Positions 11,158 to 20,407 of a stretch of 64,000 bases of DNA are shown piece by piece. The first letter of the stretch is position 1. Every line of letters starts with the position of its first letter. Made by a program: the position numbers and the translations under genes. Below the pieces are notes generated by a model that saw only the letters and a program-made list of their open reading frames with translations, searched no databases and had not been told where the DNA came from. This stretch comes from Mongoliibacter sp. GTDB taxonomy: Bacteria > Bacteroidota > Bacteroidia > Cytophagales > Cyclobacteriaceae. The stretch spans positions 37,712-101,711 of the forward strand of contig NZ_REBN01000124.1 in assembly GCF_007692705.1 (NCBI RefSeq). The letters run 5' to 3'.

Positions 11158-12220
11158 ATCCATATATAGCTTTCGCAGTATCAGTTTGATCACTGTGATT
11201 GCTGTTTATTTTCTGATATTGGTCGGAGGGGTAGTACGAAGTACGGGTTCCGGTATGGGATGCCCTGATTGGCCAAAATGTTTTGGGAGTTTGGTTCCGC
11301 CTACAAGCGTGAATCAGCTCCCAAATGATTATCAGGACATATACTTAGCCAAAAGGGTTAAGAAGAATGAAAAGTTTGTTGCTCAATTAGATCGTCTTGG
11401 ATTTCAAAAGAAAGCGGAAGAAATCAGAAACGACAAGTCAATTCTTATTGAAGAAGAATTTAATCCAGTTAAAACCTGGATAGAATATCTTAATAGGTTA
11501 TTGGGAGCGGTTATTGGGATTTTGGTTCTGATAACAGTTTACAGATCCTTGTCTCTGTGGAAGGTTGATAAGAAAATTACTATAATTTCTGTTTTCAATC
11601 TGTTCTTGGTGCTCTTCCAAGCTTGGATAGGTTCAATTGTGGTGTCTACTAACTTATTACCTTGGATGATTACCTTACACATGGTATTAGCTTTGGTAAT
11701 AGTTTGTCTTTTGCTATATACTTATTATAGTTCCTACAGGTTAGCAACCAAAACTGGATATGCCACTGAAAAGCCGAATAGATTATATTATATCTTACTT
11801 GTAGGCTTTATCCTGATGATAGTTCAAATAGTACTAGGAACTCAGGTTAGGGAAGAAATTGATAAGGTAGCATTTGAACTTGGGTACTTGCTAAGGTCAG
11901 AATGGGTAGAGAGGTTAGGTCTTCCATTCTATATTCACAGATCTTATTCCTTGCTTCTATTGGGTGTTCATATTTTATTTATATATAAAGTATATAAATA
12001 CTCATTAAGAAATACCATGTTATACAAGTGGTCCTTGATATTATTGGGGATTATTGGGCTTGAAATATTTACAGGTATTGGAATGGCATATTTTGCCATA
12101 CCGGCCTTCCTTCAGCCTATACACTTGTTATTTGGTTCACTAATAATTGGTGTTCAGTTCGTTTTATTACTTCAGCTGAATGACCAAAAGAAATTACAAC
12201 TAGAAAATATCGGTTCATGA
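11138..12220 (+). CDS. ctaA: Heme A synthase (COX15/CtaA family)
   Basis: GSGMGCPDWPKC, WIEYLNRL, ITLH and QPIH motifs. ATG at 11138 preferred over TTG at 11132. Confidence 0.9.
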   Translation: MNPQILKSIYSFRSISLITVIAVYFLILVGGVVRSTGSGMGCPDWPKCFGSLVPPTSVNQLPNDYQDIYLAKRVKKNEKFVAQLDRLGFQKKAEEIRNDKSILIEEEFNPVKTWIEYLNRLLGAVIGILVLITVYRSLSLWKVDKKITIISVFNLFLVLFQAWIGSIVVSTNLLPWMITLHMVLALVIVCLLLYTYYSSYRLATKTGYATEKPNRLYYILLVGFILMIVQIVLGTQVREEIDKVAFELGYLLRSEWVERLGLPFYIHRSYSLLLLGVHILFIYKVYKYSLRNTMLYKWSLILLGIIGLEIFTGIGMAYFAIPAFLQPIHLLFGSLIIGVQFVLLLQLNDQKKLQLENIGS

Positions 12221-13119
12221 GAACTATTAATATTTCGGAAAATACATTACTTGATGCAATTGCCTTTAGAGGCAAGGCTTATCTTGAGTTGATTAAGTTA
12301 AGGCTTTCGGCTTTAGTTACCTTCTCTGCTGGTTTTGGCTTCATCTTGGGTGATACAGGATCAATGTTTTCATGGGGAGCATTCTTTGCTTTAATAGCCG
12401 GAGGGTTTTTGATAACAGGAGCCTCGGGTGCAGCCAATGAAATTCTTGAAAAAGATTATGACAAGTTGATGAAAAGGACAGAAAATCGTCCTTTGCCGAT
12501 GAAACAAATATCCCTTCAGGAAGCGTATTGGTTCACTACGATTACAGCAATTCTGGGTATTTCAATTTTATGGATATTCACAAATCCGTTGACAACACTC
12601 TTAGGAGTGTTGAGCATGGTGTTGTATATATTTGTCTACACACCATTGAAACGTGTTGGTCCTATAGCTGTTTTTGTTGGTGCAATTCCAGGAGCTATGC
12701 CTCCTTTATTGGGTTGGACAGCAGCTACTGGTTCAATTAGTGTTGAGGCTTTAATTATTTTCGGCATTCAATTTATCTGGCAATTTCCACACTTTTGGGC
12801 GATTGCTTGGGTTGGAGATGAGGATTACAAAAATGCTGGTTTCAAATTATTGCCTAGCGGTGGAAAGAAGGATCTCAATACTGCTATTCAAATCATGATT
12901 TATACCTTGTTCTTGATTCCTTTAGGTCTGCTGCCAATGTATTTTGGACTGACAGGAATCAATTCGGCAGTAATTGTCACTATATGTGGGGTTTTATTTT
13001 TGGCGCAGACTTTCTCTTTGATGAGAGATTGCTCCAGAAAATCAGCCTTGAAAATTATGTTTGGATCGTTCTTGTACTTACCAATAGTGCAGATTGCGTT
13101 TTTATTGGATAAAGTTTAA
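12217..13119 (+). CDS. ctaB: Protoheme IX farnesyltransferase (heme O synthase)
   Basis: NEILEKDYDKLMKRTENRP, YTPLKR and WQFPHFWAIAW motifs. Confidence 0.96.
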   Translation: MRTINISENTLLDAIAFRGKAYLELIKLRLSALVTFSAGFGFILGDTGSMFSWGAFFALIAGGFLITGASGAANEILEKDYDKLMKRTENRPLPMKQISLQEAYWFTTITAILGISILWIFTNPLTTLLGVLSMVLYIFVYTPLKRVGPIAVFVGAIPGAMPPLLGWTAATGSISVEALIIFGIQFIWQFPHFWAIAWVGDEDYKNAGFKLLPSGGKKDLNTAIQIMIYTLFLIPLGLLPMYFGLTGINSAVIVTICGVLFLAQTFSLMRDCSRKSALKIMFGSFLYLPIVQIAFLLDKV

Positions 13120-13122
13120 ATC

Positions 13123-13704
13123 ATGGAAGAAAAATATGCTTACATAGAAGGAGCTGAACAGCCCATCTCCATGCATCCGAAGAAATTTGCCTTATGGCTT
13201 TTCATCGTGACTGTTGTGATGATATTTGCCTCTTTGACAAGTGCTTATATTGTACGCCAAGCTGAAGGAAATTGGTTGGAATTTGAGCTTCCTGATATAT
13301 TTTATTATACTACAGGAATTATTGTCTTAAGTAGCATAACGTTGCACTATGCATATTTTGCTGCTACAAAAGACAATTTGGCTAAAGTTAGGGCAGGTAT
13401 GATACTCACCTCTGTTTTAGGGCTTATTTTCCTGATAGGACAGTGGTACAGTTGGACCGCTTTAGTAGATAGAGATGTGTTCTTTGTAGGTAATCCTGCA
13501 GGGTCATTTTTGTATGTTTTCACGGGATTGCATGCATTACACTTGGTAAGCGGTGTGATTTTTCTAATTATTGTGTTAATTTCGTCCTTTAGATATAAGG
13601 TGCACTCCAAAAATCTTGATACCATGGAAATGTGTGTTACCTATTGGCACTTCCTTGGAGGGCTTTGGATCTATCTATTTATGTTCTTGTTATTGAATCA
13701 TTAA
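13123..13704 (+). CDS. ctaE: Cytochrome c oxidase subunit III family protein (first of two)
   Basis: FTGLHALH and YWHFLGGLW motifs. Confidence 0.9.
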   Translation: MEEKYAYIEGAEQPISMHPKKFALWLFIVTVVMIFASLTSAYIVRQAEGNWLEFELPDIFYYTTGIIVLSSITLHYAYFAATKDNLAKVRAGMILTSVLGLIFLIGQWYSWTALVDRDVFFVGNPAGSFLYVFTGLHALHLVSGVIFLIIVLISSFRYKVHSKNLDTMEMCVTYWHFLGGLWIYLFMFLLLNH

Positions 13705-13723
13705 AAAGTAAATTTTAATTTAT

Positions 13724-14500
13724 ATGTCAACGACTGCGACTGCTGTTGGAGTGAGCTCCAAAAGAGGAACTTGGGGAGGTGGTAACGAACCACTCAAGGC
13801 TAGTTATGGAAAACTAATGATGTGGTTTTTCCTCCTTTCAGATATCTTTACATTTGCGGCCTTTTTGACAGCTTATGCTGCCATCAGGGTATCTTATCCC
13901 ACTTATGCTGGACCAGATGACGTTTTTGTAGGTTCCAATGAATATTGGCCTGTACCTGAAATGGTATTCGATGCCCTTCCCTTTCTTCATGGGGTGCATG
14001 TACCTTTAGCATTTGTGGGTTTGATGACTTTTATCCTTATCATGAGTTCTGTTACTATGGTTTTGGCTGTTGAGGCCGGTCATAGAAATGATAAAAATGA
14101 TGTGGTCAAATGGATGCTTTGGACATTATTGGGTGGAATTACTTTCCTAAGCTGTCAGGCTTGGGAGTGGTCTCACTTTATCCATGGTACTGATGGTGGA
14201 TCAATGATTACTTATGTTAATAATTTGGGAAGAGTTGTTTCAGAAACAGTTTACGGTGCTAATCTTGCCGTGAATGAATATGGACCGGCGGCTTTTGCCC
14301 AGCTCTTTTTCTTTATCACAGGTTTTCATGGATTTCACGTTACTATTGGTGTCTTCTTACTCTTCTTGGCGTTTTATCAAGCAGCGGTCGGAGTGTATGA
14401 AAGAAGAGGTCATTATGAAATGATTGAAAAAATAGGCCTTTATTGGCACTTTGTAGATTTGGTTTGGGTATTCGTTTTCACCTTCTTTTACTTGATCTAA
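13724..14500 (+). CDS. Cytochrome c oxidase subunit III family protein (second of two)
   Basis: MWFFLLSD, TGFHGFHV and GLYWHFVDLVWV motifs. Confidence 0.9.
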   Translation: MSTTATAVGVSSKRGTWGGGNEPLKASYGKLMMWFFLLSDIFTFAAFLTAYAAIRVSYPTYAGPDDVFVGSNEYWPVPEMVFDALPFLHGVHVPLAFVGLMTFILIMSSVTMVLAVEAGHRNDKNDVVKWMLWTLLGGITFLSCQAWEWSHFIHGTDGGSMITYVNNLGRVVSETVYGANLAVNEYGPAAFAQLFFFITGFHGFHVTIGVFLLFLAFYQAAVGVYERRGHYEMIEKIGLYWHFVDLVWVFVFTFFYLI

Positions 14501-14519
14501 AACATTTAAATATAGCATT

Positions 14520-14849
14520 ATGGCAATTGATGAAAATAAATCGACCTTGGAAGTTACGCCAAGAAATGAAGAGAAAATAAAGAAAATCTGGAAGACAGCC
14601 GGTATTCTTTTAATTCTTACCTCTATTGAATTCGTGTTTGCATTTACATTACCAAGAGGTTTATTGCTTTACGCGATATTTATTGGTCTTACAATTTGGA
14701 AGGCTAAATATATTATGATGGAATTTATGCACCTTGGAGATGAAGCCAAGCCATTGTTCTACTCCATTATTGTGCCTTTGATCTTCCTTGTTTGGTTGGT
14801 AATAGCTTTGATGAGAGAGGGAAGTGACATCTTTATGATTAGGTGGTAA
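14520..14849 (+). CDS. Cytochrome c oxidase subunit IV family protein
   Basis: Small three-TM protein with the KAKYIMMEFMHL motif. Confidence 0.85.
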   Translation: MAIDENKSTLEVTPRNEEKIKKIWKTAGILLILTSIEFVFAFTLPRGLLLYAIFIGLTIWKAKYIMMEFMHLGDEAKPLFYSIIVPLIFLVWLVIALMREGSDIFMIRW

Positions 14850-14870
14850 AAAATAATATTAATAATTTAA

Positions 14871-14911
14871 AAAAAAGTAGGTTGGGGTGTGACACTTCAA
14901 CCTACTTTTTT
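14871..14911 (+). terminator. Rho-independent terminator (potentially bidirectional) ending the act/cox operon
   Basis: AAAAAAGTAGGTTG-ggGTGTgACACtt-CAACCTACTTTTTT inverted repeat with A and T tails. Confidence 0.85.
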
Positions 14912-14929
14912 GTTTACTCTATATAAAGT

Positions 14930-15598
14930 ATGAGAGGAATAAGAATATTACAAGGTTTAGTGTTGGTATGTGTTCTGATGGTGCCAGTATTGGTTATAGT
15001 TTTTCTAAAATCATTTGGTACCAATCATTATGATATCCCTATTCTATATGAAGATGGGGTAGAAAACCCTTTTCAGGAATGTGATGTGGTGGAAGATGGC
15101 CAACATTATATTCCGGAATTCAGATTTACTACGCAAAATAACCAGCAGATAGGTAGGAGTGAAATGGAGGGAAAGATTACTATTGTTGATTTCTTTTTCA
15201 CTTCATGCCCAAGTATCTGTCCCGTAATGTCTACAGAAATGGAAAGAGTCGATGATGCTTTCAGAGATGAAGATGATGTTCAAATTTATTCCATCTCTAT
15301 AGACCCTGAGTATGATACGCCTGAGGTATTGGCAGAGTATGCACAACGGCATAATGCCAATCCTGATAAATGGCATTTTCTTACTGGTGATAAGTCCAAT
15401 ATTTATGAATTGGCAAGATGTGGTTTTATACTTCCTACATTAGACGGGTATGGAGATCCTGAAGAGTTTATTCATAGTGATAAATTTGTGCTTGTTGATG
15501 AACTAGGAAGGATAAGAGGATATTACAGTGGTACCAACAGGGATGAAGTTGATAGACTTATTTTAGAAGCTAAAATATTAATATATGGAAAGAAATGA
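14930..15598 (+). CDS. SCO1/SenC family copper chaperone
   Basis: FFTSCPSICP (CxxxC) motif, a later conserved His (FIHS) and YYSG. Confidence 0.93.
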   Translation: MRGIRILQGLVLVCVLMVPVLVIVFLKSFGTNHYDIPILYEDGVENPFQECDVVEDGQHYIPEFRFTTQNNQQIGRSEMEGKITIVDFFFTSCPSICPVMSTEMERVDDAFRDEDDVQIYSISIDPEYDTPEVLAEYAQRHNANPDKWHFLTGDKSNIYELARCGFILPTLDGYGDPEEFIHSDKFVLVDELGRIRGYYSGTNRDEVDRLILEAKILIYGKK

Positions 15599-16139
15599 TG
15601 TAATGACGTCTCCTCAAGACAAAGGGATTATGAAGTTAATCACCGTGATTTCGGTGATTGTTCCAGTACTTGTTGCAGTTTTACTCTTTATGCCTTCCAA
15701 GCTGGATGTGGCTACTGAATGGGTATACTTCCTGCCCCACCTTAATGCTGTGATCAACACGGCAGCTACGATTGCATTGATTATGGGTTTGATTTTTATC
15801 AAGCAAAAAAATATAGCCCTACATAGGGCATCAATGACTTCAGCTTTTGGGTTGGGAGCGATATTCCTGGTATCTTATGTTATATATCATGCTGCTGCTG
15901 AAAGTACTACCTTTGGTGGTGAAGGATTCATAAAATCTGTATACTATTTTATTTTGATTACCCATATCATATTGGCAGCAGTGGCACTGTTCCCTATACT
16001 TTTGGCATATTACTACGGTTATACTGACCAAAGGCAAAAACATAAGAAGGTTGTGAAATATGCTTTCCCTATTTGGTTGTACGTTACTGTTACGGGAGTA
16101 TTGGTGTACCTTATGATCAGCCCTTACTATAACTTCTAA
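15585..16139 (+). CDS. DUF420 family membrane protein (oxidase assembly associated)
   Basis: LPHLNAVIN, FLVSYVIYH, ILITHI and PIWLYVTVTGV motifs; located in the cox cluster. Confidence 0.88.
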   Translation: MERNDVMTSPQDKGIMKLITVISVIVPVLVAVLLFMPSKLDVATEWVYFLPHLNAVINTAATIALIMGLIFIKQKNIALHRASMTSAFGLGAIFLVSYVIYHAAAESTTFGGEGFIKSVYYFILITHIILAAVALFPILLAYYYGYTDQRQKHKKVVKYAFPIWLYVTVTGVLVYLMISPYYNF

Positions 16140-16318
16140 ACTAAAAATCAAAAGCCAACGTTAATCTAATACAAAATCATGCATTTCTGCCACAGGCATG
16201 ATACATATGATATTGAAATGGATAGCCCTATTGGTAACTGAGTTATCATGAAATCCTAACGAGTCCCCTTAGCTATACTCGATAGATCGCAGTGACAAGT
16301 GAAAATAATTATAGACAG

Positions 16319-16582
16319 ATGAAAATAATTAAAAGCCTAACGATCACATTCCTATTGACGGTGTTTTTTCAAGTTCAATCTTGGGCTCAGTGTGCTATGT
16401 GTAGGGCAACAGTAGAAAACAACCTCAATACCGGTGAAACTTCGGTTGGGGCAGGTTTAAATACAGGTATAATGTATCTTTTTATGATGCCCTACCTGAT
16501 TGCAATGGTAATTGGATATCTGTGGTATAAAAAAGCAAAAAAGAGGAAATCCAAGTTTGTCTTCCAAGGAGAGAAATTCTGA
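16319..16582 (+). CDS. Small exported/membrane protein with a CxxC (QCAMCRA) motif
   Basis: Signal peptide ending SWA|Q, then CAMC, one TM helix (GIMYLFMMPYL) and a Lys-rich tail. ATG at 16319. Confidence 0.75.
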   Translation: MKIIKSLTITFLLTVFFQVQSWAQCAMCRATVENNLNTGETSVGAGLNTGIMYLFMMPYLIAMVIGYLWYKKAKKRKSKFVFQGEKF

Positions 16583-16635
16583 AAGAAAAAGCAAAGTTTG
16601 AATATAGACTTTGCTTTTTTACTTTTATCCCGCTT

Positions 16636-19600
16636 ATGCTGAAGAAAAAACGTTTTATCCTCTTGATGGCAGTCCTGGGAATAGGCTTGTTGCTTGCTTT
16701 GAATTTTATGCTCAGCAACAGGGAGGGTGAGGAAAGATTTTTGAAGCCAATTTCAAAAAAAATCAATCAGGTAGAAGCTCAGTTTGATCTTGATTTTATA
16801 GAGATCCTCATGCGAAACAGGCCTGATGAAGCACTGACTTTTTCAAATCTAAGTATTGATTCCTATCATAACTATTACCTATTCGACGAGGCCGGCAAAC
16901 TTATCTATTGGTCTGATTTTTCATATATCCCTGATTTTGAAAACATAAAAACACAGGAAAATCAAAGGATTTTAGAAGATAGGGAAGGAATTTATTTTTC
17001 CAAAATGAGGCGCTTTAGTAGGAATGAGCAAGGATATATCCTGTTTCAAACATATCCATTGGTCAATAAGCGCGAGATCCAAAATGAATACCTGCCTTCA
17101 GGTTTTAATAAATCAGTATTCGGAAATAATAGGTTGGAAATCAGTCCTGAACCGAGAAATGAATTTGTAGATGTCAAAGGTTCCAAAAATGAATACCTGT
17201 TTTCAATAAACTTTGGACAGGGATACCAGGTTATAGGACAAACCAACAACATTCCATTGATGGTTTTCTTTTTTTCTTTGCTCTTTTTGATTCTGATATC
17301 AGGATTTGATTTTGTAAAAACTATTTGGAAAAAGGGACAAAAATTCATTGCAGTTTTTTACTCATGCCTGATACTCTTTTCAATCCGGGGCTTCATGTTG
17401 TTTTTTGGTTTTCCACAGGAATACTTTGACTTTAGCTTATTTGATTCAAGCCGGTTTGCTTCTTCCTTGCTTAATCCCAGTTTGGGAGATTTGCTACTTA
17501 ACATGCTTTGCCTGATCATTCCTTTTTCTATGATCCTAGCCATTTTGTTGGGTCCCTCATTTACACAAAGGTTCTATGAATTCAGTACAAAATATAAAAG
17601 GTGGTATTTCTTTGTGTTGGCATATCTCACCTCCAGTGTACTGTTAGTTGGGTTTTATTATTTATACATCAATATACTCAGTAATGCTCAGTGGGACCTT
17701 AATATCCTCAGTATCCCCTCATTTGATTATTTCAAAGGTATAAGCTTGTTATTGGTTTTTTTCGGAAGCGCAGGTTACCTTTTGTTTTCCATTATAGCCT
17801 TAAGCTTGGTATTGGAACATAGGCCTTCAAGTAAGACGTATGCACTTAAAGTGCTATTGGTATTCTCTACTCCAATAGTCATCGGCCTATCAATTTTTAA
17901 TTGGATTTACCTCTTGGTTTATCTTACCCATCTGCTGTTTTTGATTTCCATCATCAGCTTTGAATTGCATAAAAACATTTTCAGGTTAGGATTGAATACC
18001 TTCCTTACATTTTTCTTTGGCTGTCTGATTTCCGCAATTGTTACAGGGATTGCAGCGCATGAAGTTTTACTTGAGAGACAGCAACAATCCAAAATCCGCT
18101 TCGGGAATCAGCAACTTATAGAAAACGATGTAATGGCTGAGTTTTTTCTCTCTGATATTATGAAAAGGATTTCTGAAGATATTTTTATCAAAAATGCCCT
18201 TACAGACCCACTACAGTCCAAGGAGCCCATTGAAAGAAAAATCAGAAGGATCCATATGACAAATTACTTTGACCAGTATGCCTTAAGGGTGAAAGTATTT
18301 AATGCATCTGGAGATAACGTATTGCAACGGACCGATGAAGAAAATCTGCAGGATTTAAGGGTCAACTATGTCAAAAGTGATTATGTCACTTCAGTGAGAG
18401 ACTTATATTTTATCAAGGGAACCGAAGAAATTGGAAGCAATCAATATTATGCTTTTATCCCTCTCTATAGAGATGATGTGTTTTTGGGAACCGTTTACCT
18501 TGAACTGAATCAAATCAGGATTTTACCTGGTTCCGTCTTTCCTAAGCTGTTGATGGATCAGAATTACCAGGCTTCTTTAAATGACAGGTATTACGATTTT
18601 GCAGTGTATCTGGACGGTGCGCTGCAATACGGTGTTGGGGTATTTAACTATAGAGCTTCGGATTTACATACTTTTCTCGATAACAGCGCCCTGTTCAGTT
18701 CCGGTATATACAAGAAACAATACCATCATCTTGGTGTAAAGAGTGATGAAAAAGTAGTTATTGTATCATCTCCGATTTACTCAATCTATTATATCCTCGC
18801 AGATATCTCACTTTTCTTTTTGTTTTACATCCTTCTCACTCTTATGAGTGTGGTTATCTATGCCTTGTTAAAAGGTCTGAGGAGCTTCAATTTCAACTAT
18901 GCGACCAAGCTTCAAATGTATCTGAACTTTGCCTTTTTCTTTCCCATTTTGATCATTTCAGCTATCATATTGGGGCTTTTAGCAAGTTCTTATCAGGATG
19001 AACTTCACAGGCAGTATTTCCAAAAAGCCACATTGGTTAAGGATAACCTTTCTGCGATCATGGAAAAACAAAGTGCTGGGGTAGCAGACCGCGAAGATTT
19101 TTTCGAAGAAGTTAACAATCTTGCTGGAACCGCAAATATAGAAATCAATGTATTTGATAAATCAGGTTTTCTGATGACCAGTTCCCAACCCAATATTTTT
19201 GACAAAAGAGTAGTCACAAGATATGTGAACCCTATGGCGATCGCAGAATTGATTGAAGGGCAAAACAATCTTGTCTTACTTGAGGAAAGTATAGGTAAAC
19301 TGAATTATAAAGCTGTGTACTCTGCCATTAGAAGCTCAGATGGTCAGCAGGTCCAGGCTATTATTGCCATTCCGTTTTTTGAATCTGAAAATGAGCTTGA
19401 TATTTTGATCGCAGATGTACTCAGTAATATCTTGAATATCTTTGTCCTTGTGTTCATCATCTTTTTGTTTGTCTCTTATTTTGTCTCAAAAAATCTGACA
19501 TTTCCTTTTAAGCTTTTGACCCAAAAACTGAAAGTTACTGATTTGGAAAACAACGAACCTATGTATTGGCCATCCAAGGATGAAATTGGTATGCTTGTCA

Positions 19601-20343
19601 ACGAGTACAACAATATGCTTTTCAAGTTAGAGGCAAGTAAAAATGTCTTGGCCAATACTGAAAAAGAAAGTGCATGGCGTGAAATGGCTAAACAGGTCGC
19701 TCATGAAATCAAAAATCCGCTTACCCCAATGAAGCTTACCCTGCAACACTTGCTGCGTCTTCAGGCAGCAGGGAAGTTGGACGACCCTCAAATGCTTAAA
19801 AAACCTGTGGAAACGCTTATCACCCAAGTGGATACATTAAGTGATATTGCAACTTCATTTTCGACATTTGCCAAAATGCCATTGCCAAAAAATGAGCTGA
19901 TGGATTTTAGGAATATTGTAAAAAGTACTATAGAGCTGTTTAAAAACAGGGAAAGGGGTACTGTGACTTTTGAAGATTATACGGATAATATACCGCTCAC
20001 TGTAGTTGGTGACGATCAGCTTTTTGGGAGGGTTATCTCCAACCTGATCATTAATGGAATTCAGGCGGTGGAAGGAAGAAAAAAACCTGTGGTAAATGTA
20101 TTTATGCGTGAATTGGGAGGCAAGGTGATTGTAGAGATCAAAGACAACGGTAAAGGAATTCCTGAAGAACTTCAAGACAAAATTTTCATTCCCAATTTCA
20201 GTACAAAATCCGAAGGGTCAGGTTTAGGCTTGGCCATAGCAAAAAGTGGTGTGGAAACTGCCGGCGGAAAAATTTGGTTTGAAACCCAGCCAGGAATCGG
20301 TACAAGTTTCTTTCTGAGTTTTGATTTGGTAATGCACAAATAG
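16636..20343 (+). CDS. Large membrane-bound sensor histidine kinase (HAMP-HisKA-HATPase_c)
   Basis: H-box AKQVAHEIKNPLTP, N-box NLIINGIQA, G1 DNGKGIP, F-box FIPNFSTK and G2 GSGLGLAI; many TM helices. Confidence 0.93.
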   Translation: MLKKKRFILLMAVLGIGLLLALNFMLSNREGEERFLKPISKKINQVEAQFDLDFIEILMRNRPDEALTFSNLSIDSYHNYYLFDEAGKLIYWSDFSYIPDFENIKTQENQRILEDREGIYFSKMRRFSRNEQGYILFQTYPLVNKREIQNEYLPSGFNKSVFGNNRLEISPEPRNEFVDVKGSKNEYLFSINFGQGYQVIGQTNNIPLMVFFFSLLFLILISGFDFVKTIWKKGQKFIAVFYSCLILFSIRGFMLFFGFPQEYFDFSLFDSSRFASSLLNPSLGDLLLNMLCLIIPFSMILAILLGPSFTQRFYEFSTKYKRWYFFVLAYLTSSVLLVGFYYLYINILSNAQWDLNILSIPSFDYFKGISLLLVFFGSAGYLLFSIIALSLVLEHRPSSKTYALKVLLVFSTPIVIGLSIFNWIYLLVYLTHLLFLISIISFELHKNIFRLGLNTFLTFFFGCLISAIVTGIAAHEVLLERQQQSKIRFGNQQLIENDVMAEFFLSDIMKRISEDIFIKNALTDPLQSKEPIERKIRRIHMTNYFDQYALRVKVFNASGDNVLQRTDEENLQDLRVNYVKSDYVTSVRDLYFIKGTEEIGSNQYYAFIPLYRDDVFLGTVYLELNQIRILPGSVFPKLLMDQNYQASLNDRYYDFAVYLDGALQYGVGVFNYRASDLHTFLDNSALFSSGIYKKQYHHLGVKSDEKVVIVSSPIYSIYYILADISLFFLFYILLTLMSVVIYALLKGLRSFNFNYATKLQMYLNFAFFFPILIISAIILGLLASSYQDELHRQYFQKATLVKDNLSAIMEKQSAGVADREDFFEEVNNLAGTANIEINVFDKSGFLMTSSQPNIFDKRVVTRYVNPMAIAELIEGQNNLVLLEESIGKLNYKAVYSAIRSSDGQQVQAIIAIPFFESENELDILIADVLSNILNIFVLVFIIFLFVSYFVSKNLTFPFKLLTQKLKVTDLENNEPMYWPSKDEIGMLVNEYNNMLFKLEASKNVLANTEKESAWREMAKQVAHEIKNPLTPMKLTLQHLLRLQAAGKLDDPQMLKKPVETLITQVDTLSDIATSFSTFAKMPLPKNELMDFRNIVKSTIELFKNRERGTVTFEDYTDNIPLTVVGDDQLFGRVISNLIINGIQAVEGRKKPVVNVFMRELGGKVIVEIKDNGKGIPEELQDKIFIPNFSTKSEGSGLGLAIAKSGVETAGGKIWFETQPGIGTSFFLSFDLVMHK

Positions 20344-20407
20344 CCCTTTAAAAATTAAGGTTTGAAATTGTTTGGCTTAAAATATTACCTTAGCGAGGTC
20401 TTCGAGT

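Noticed and set aside
13123-14500. Two subunit III genes as a frameshifted pseudogene
   Set aside because: Both have their own start and stop codons and intact C-terminal motifs; two subunit III-type genes are normal in Bacteroidota cox operons.
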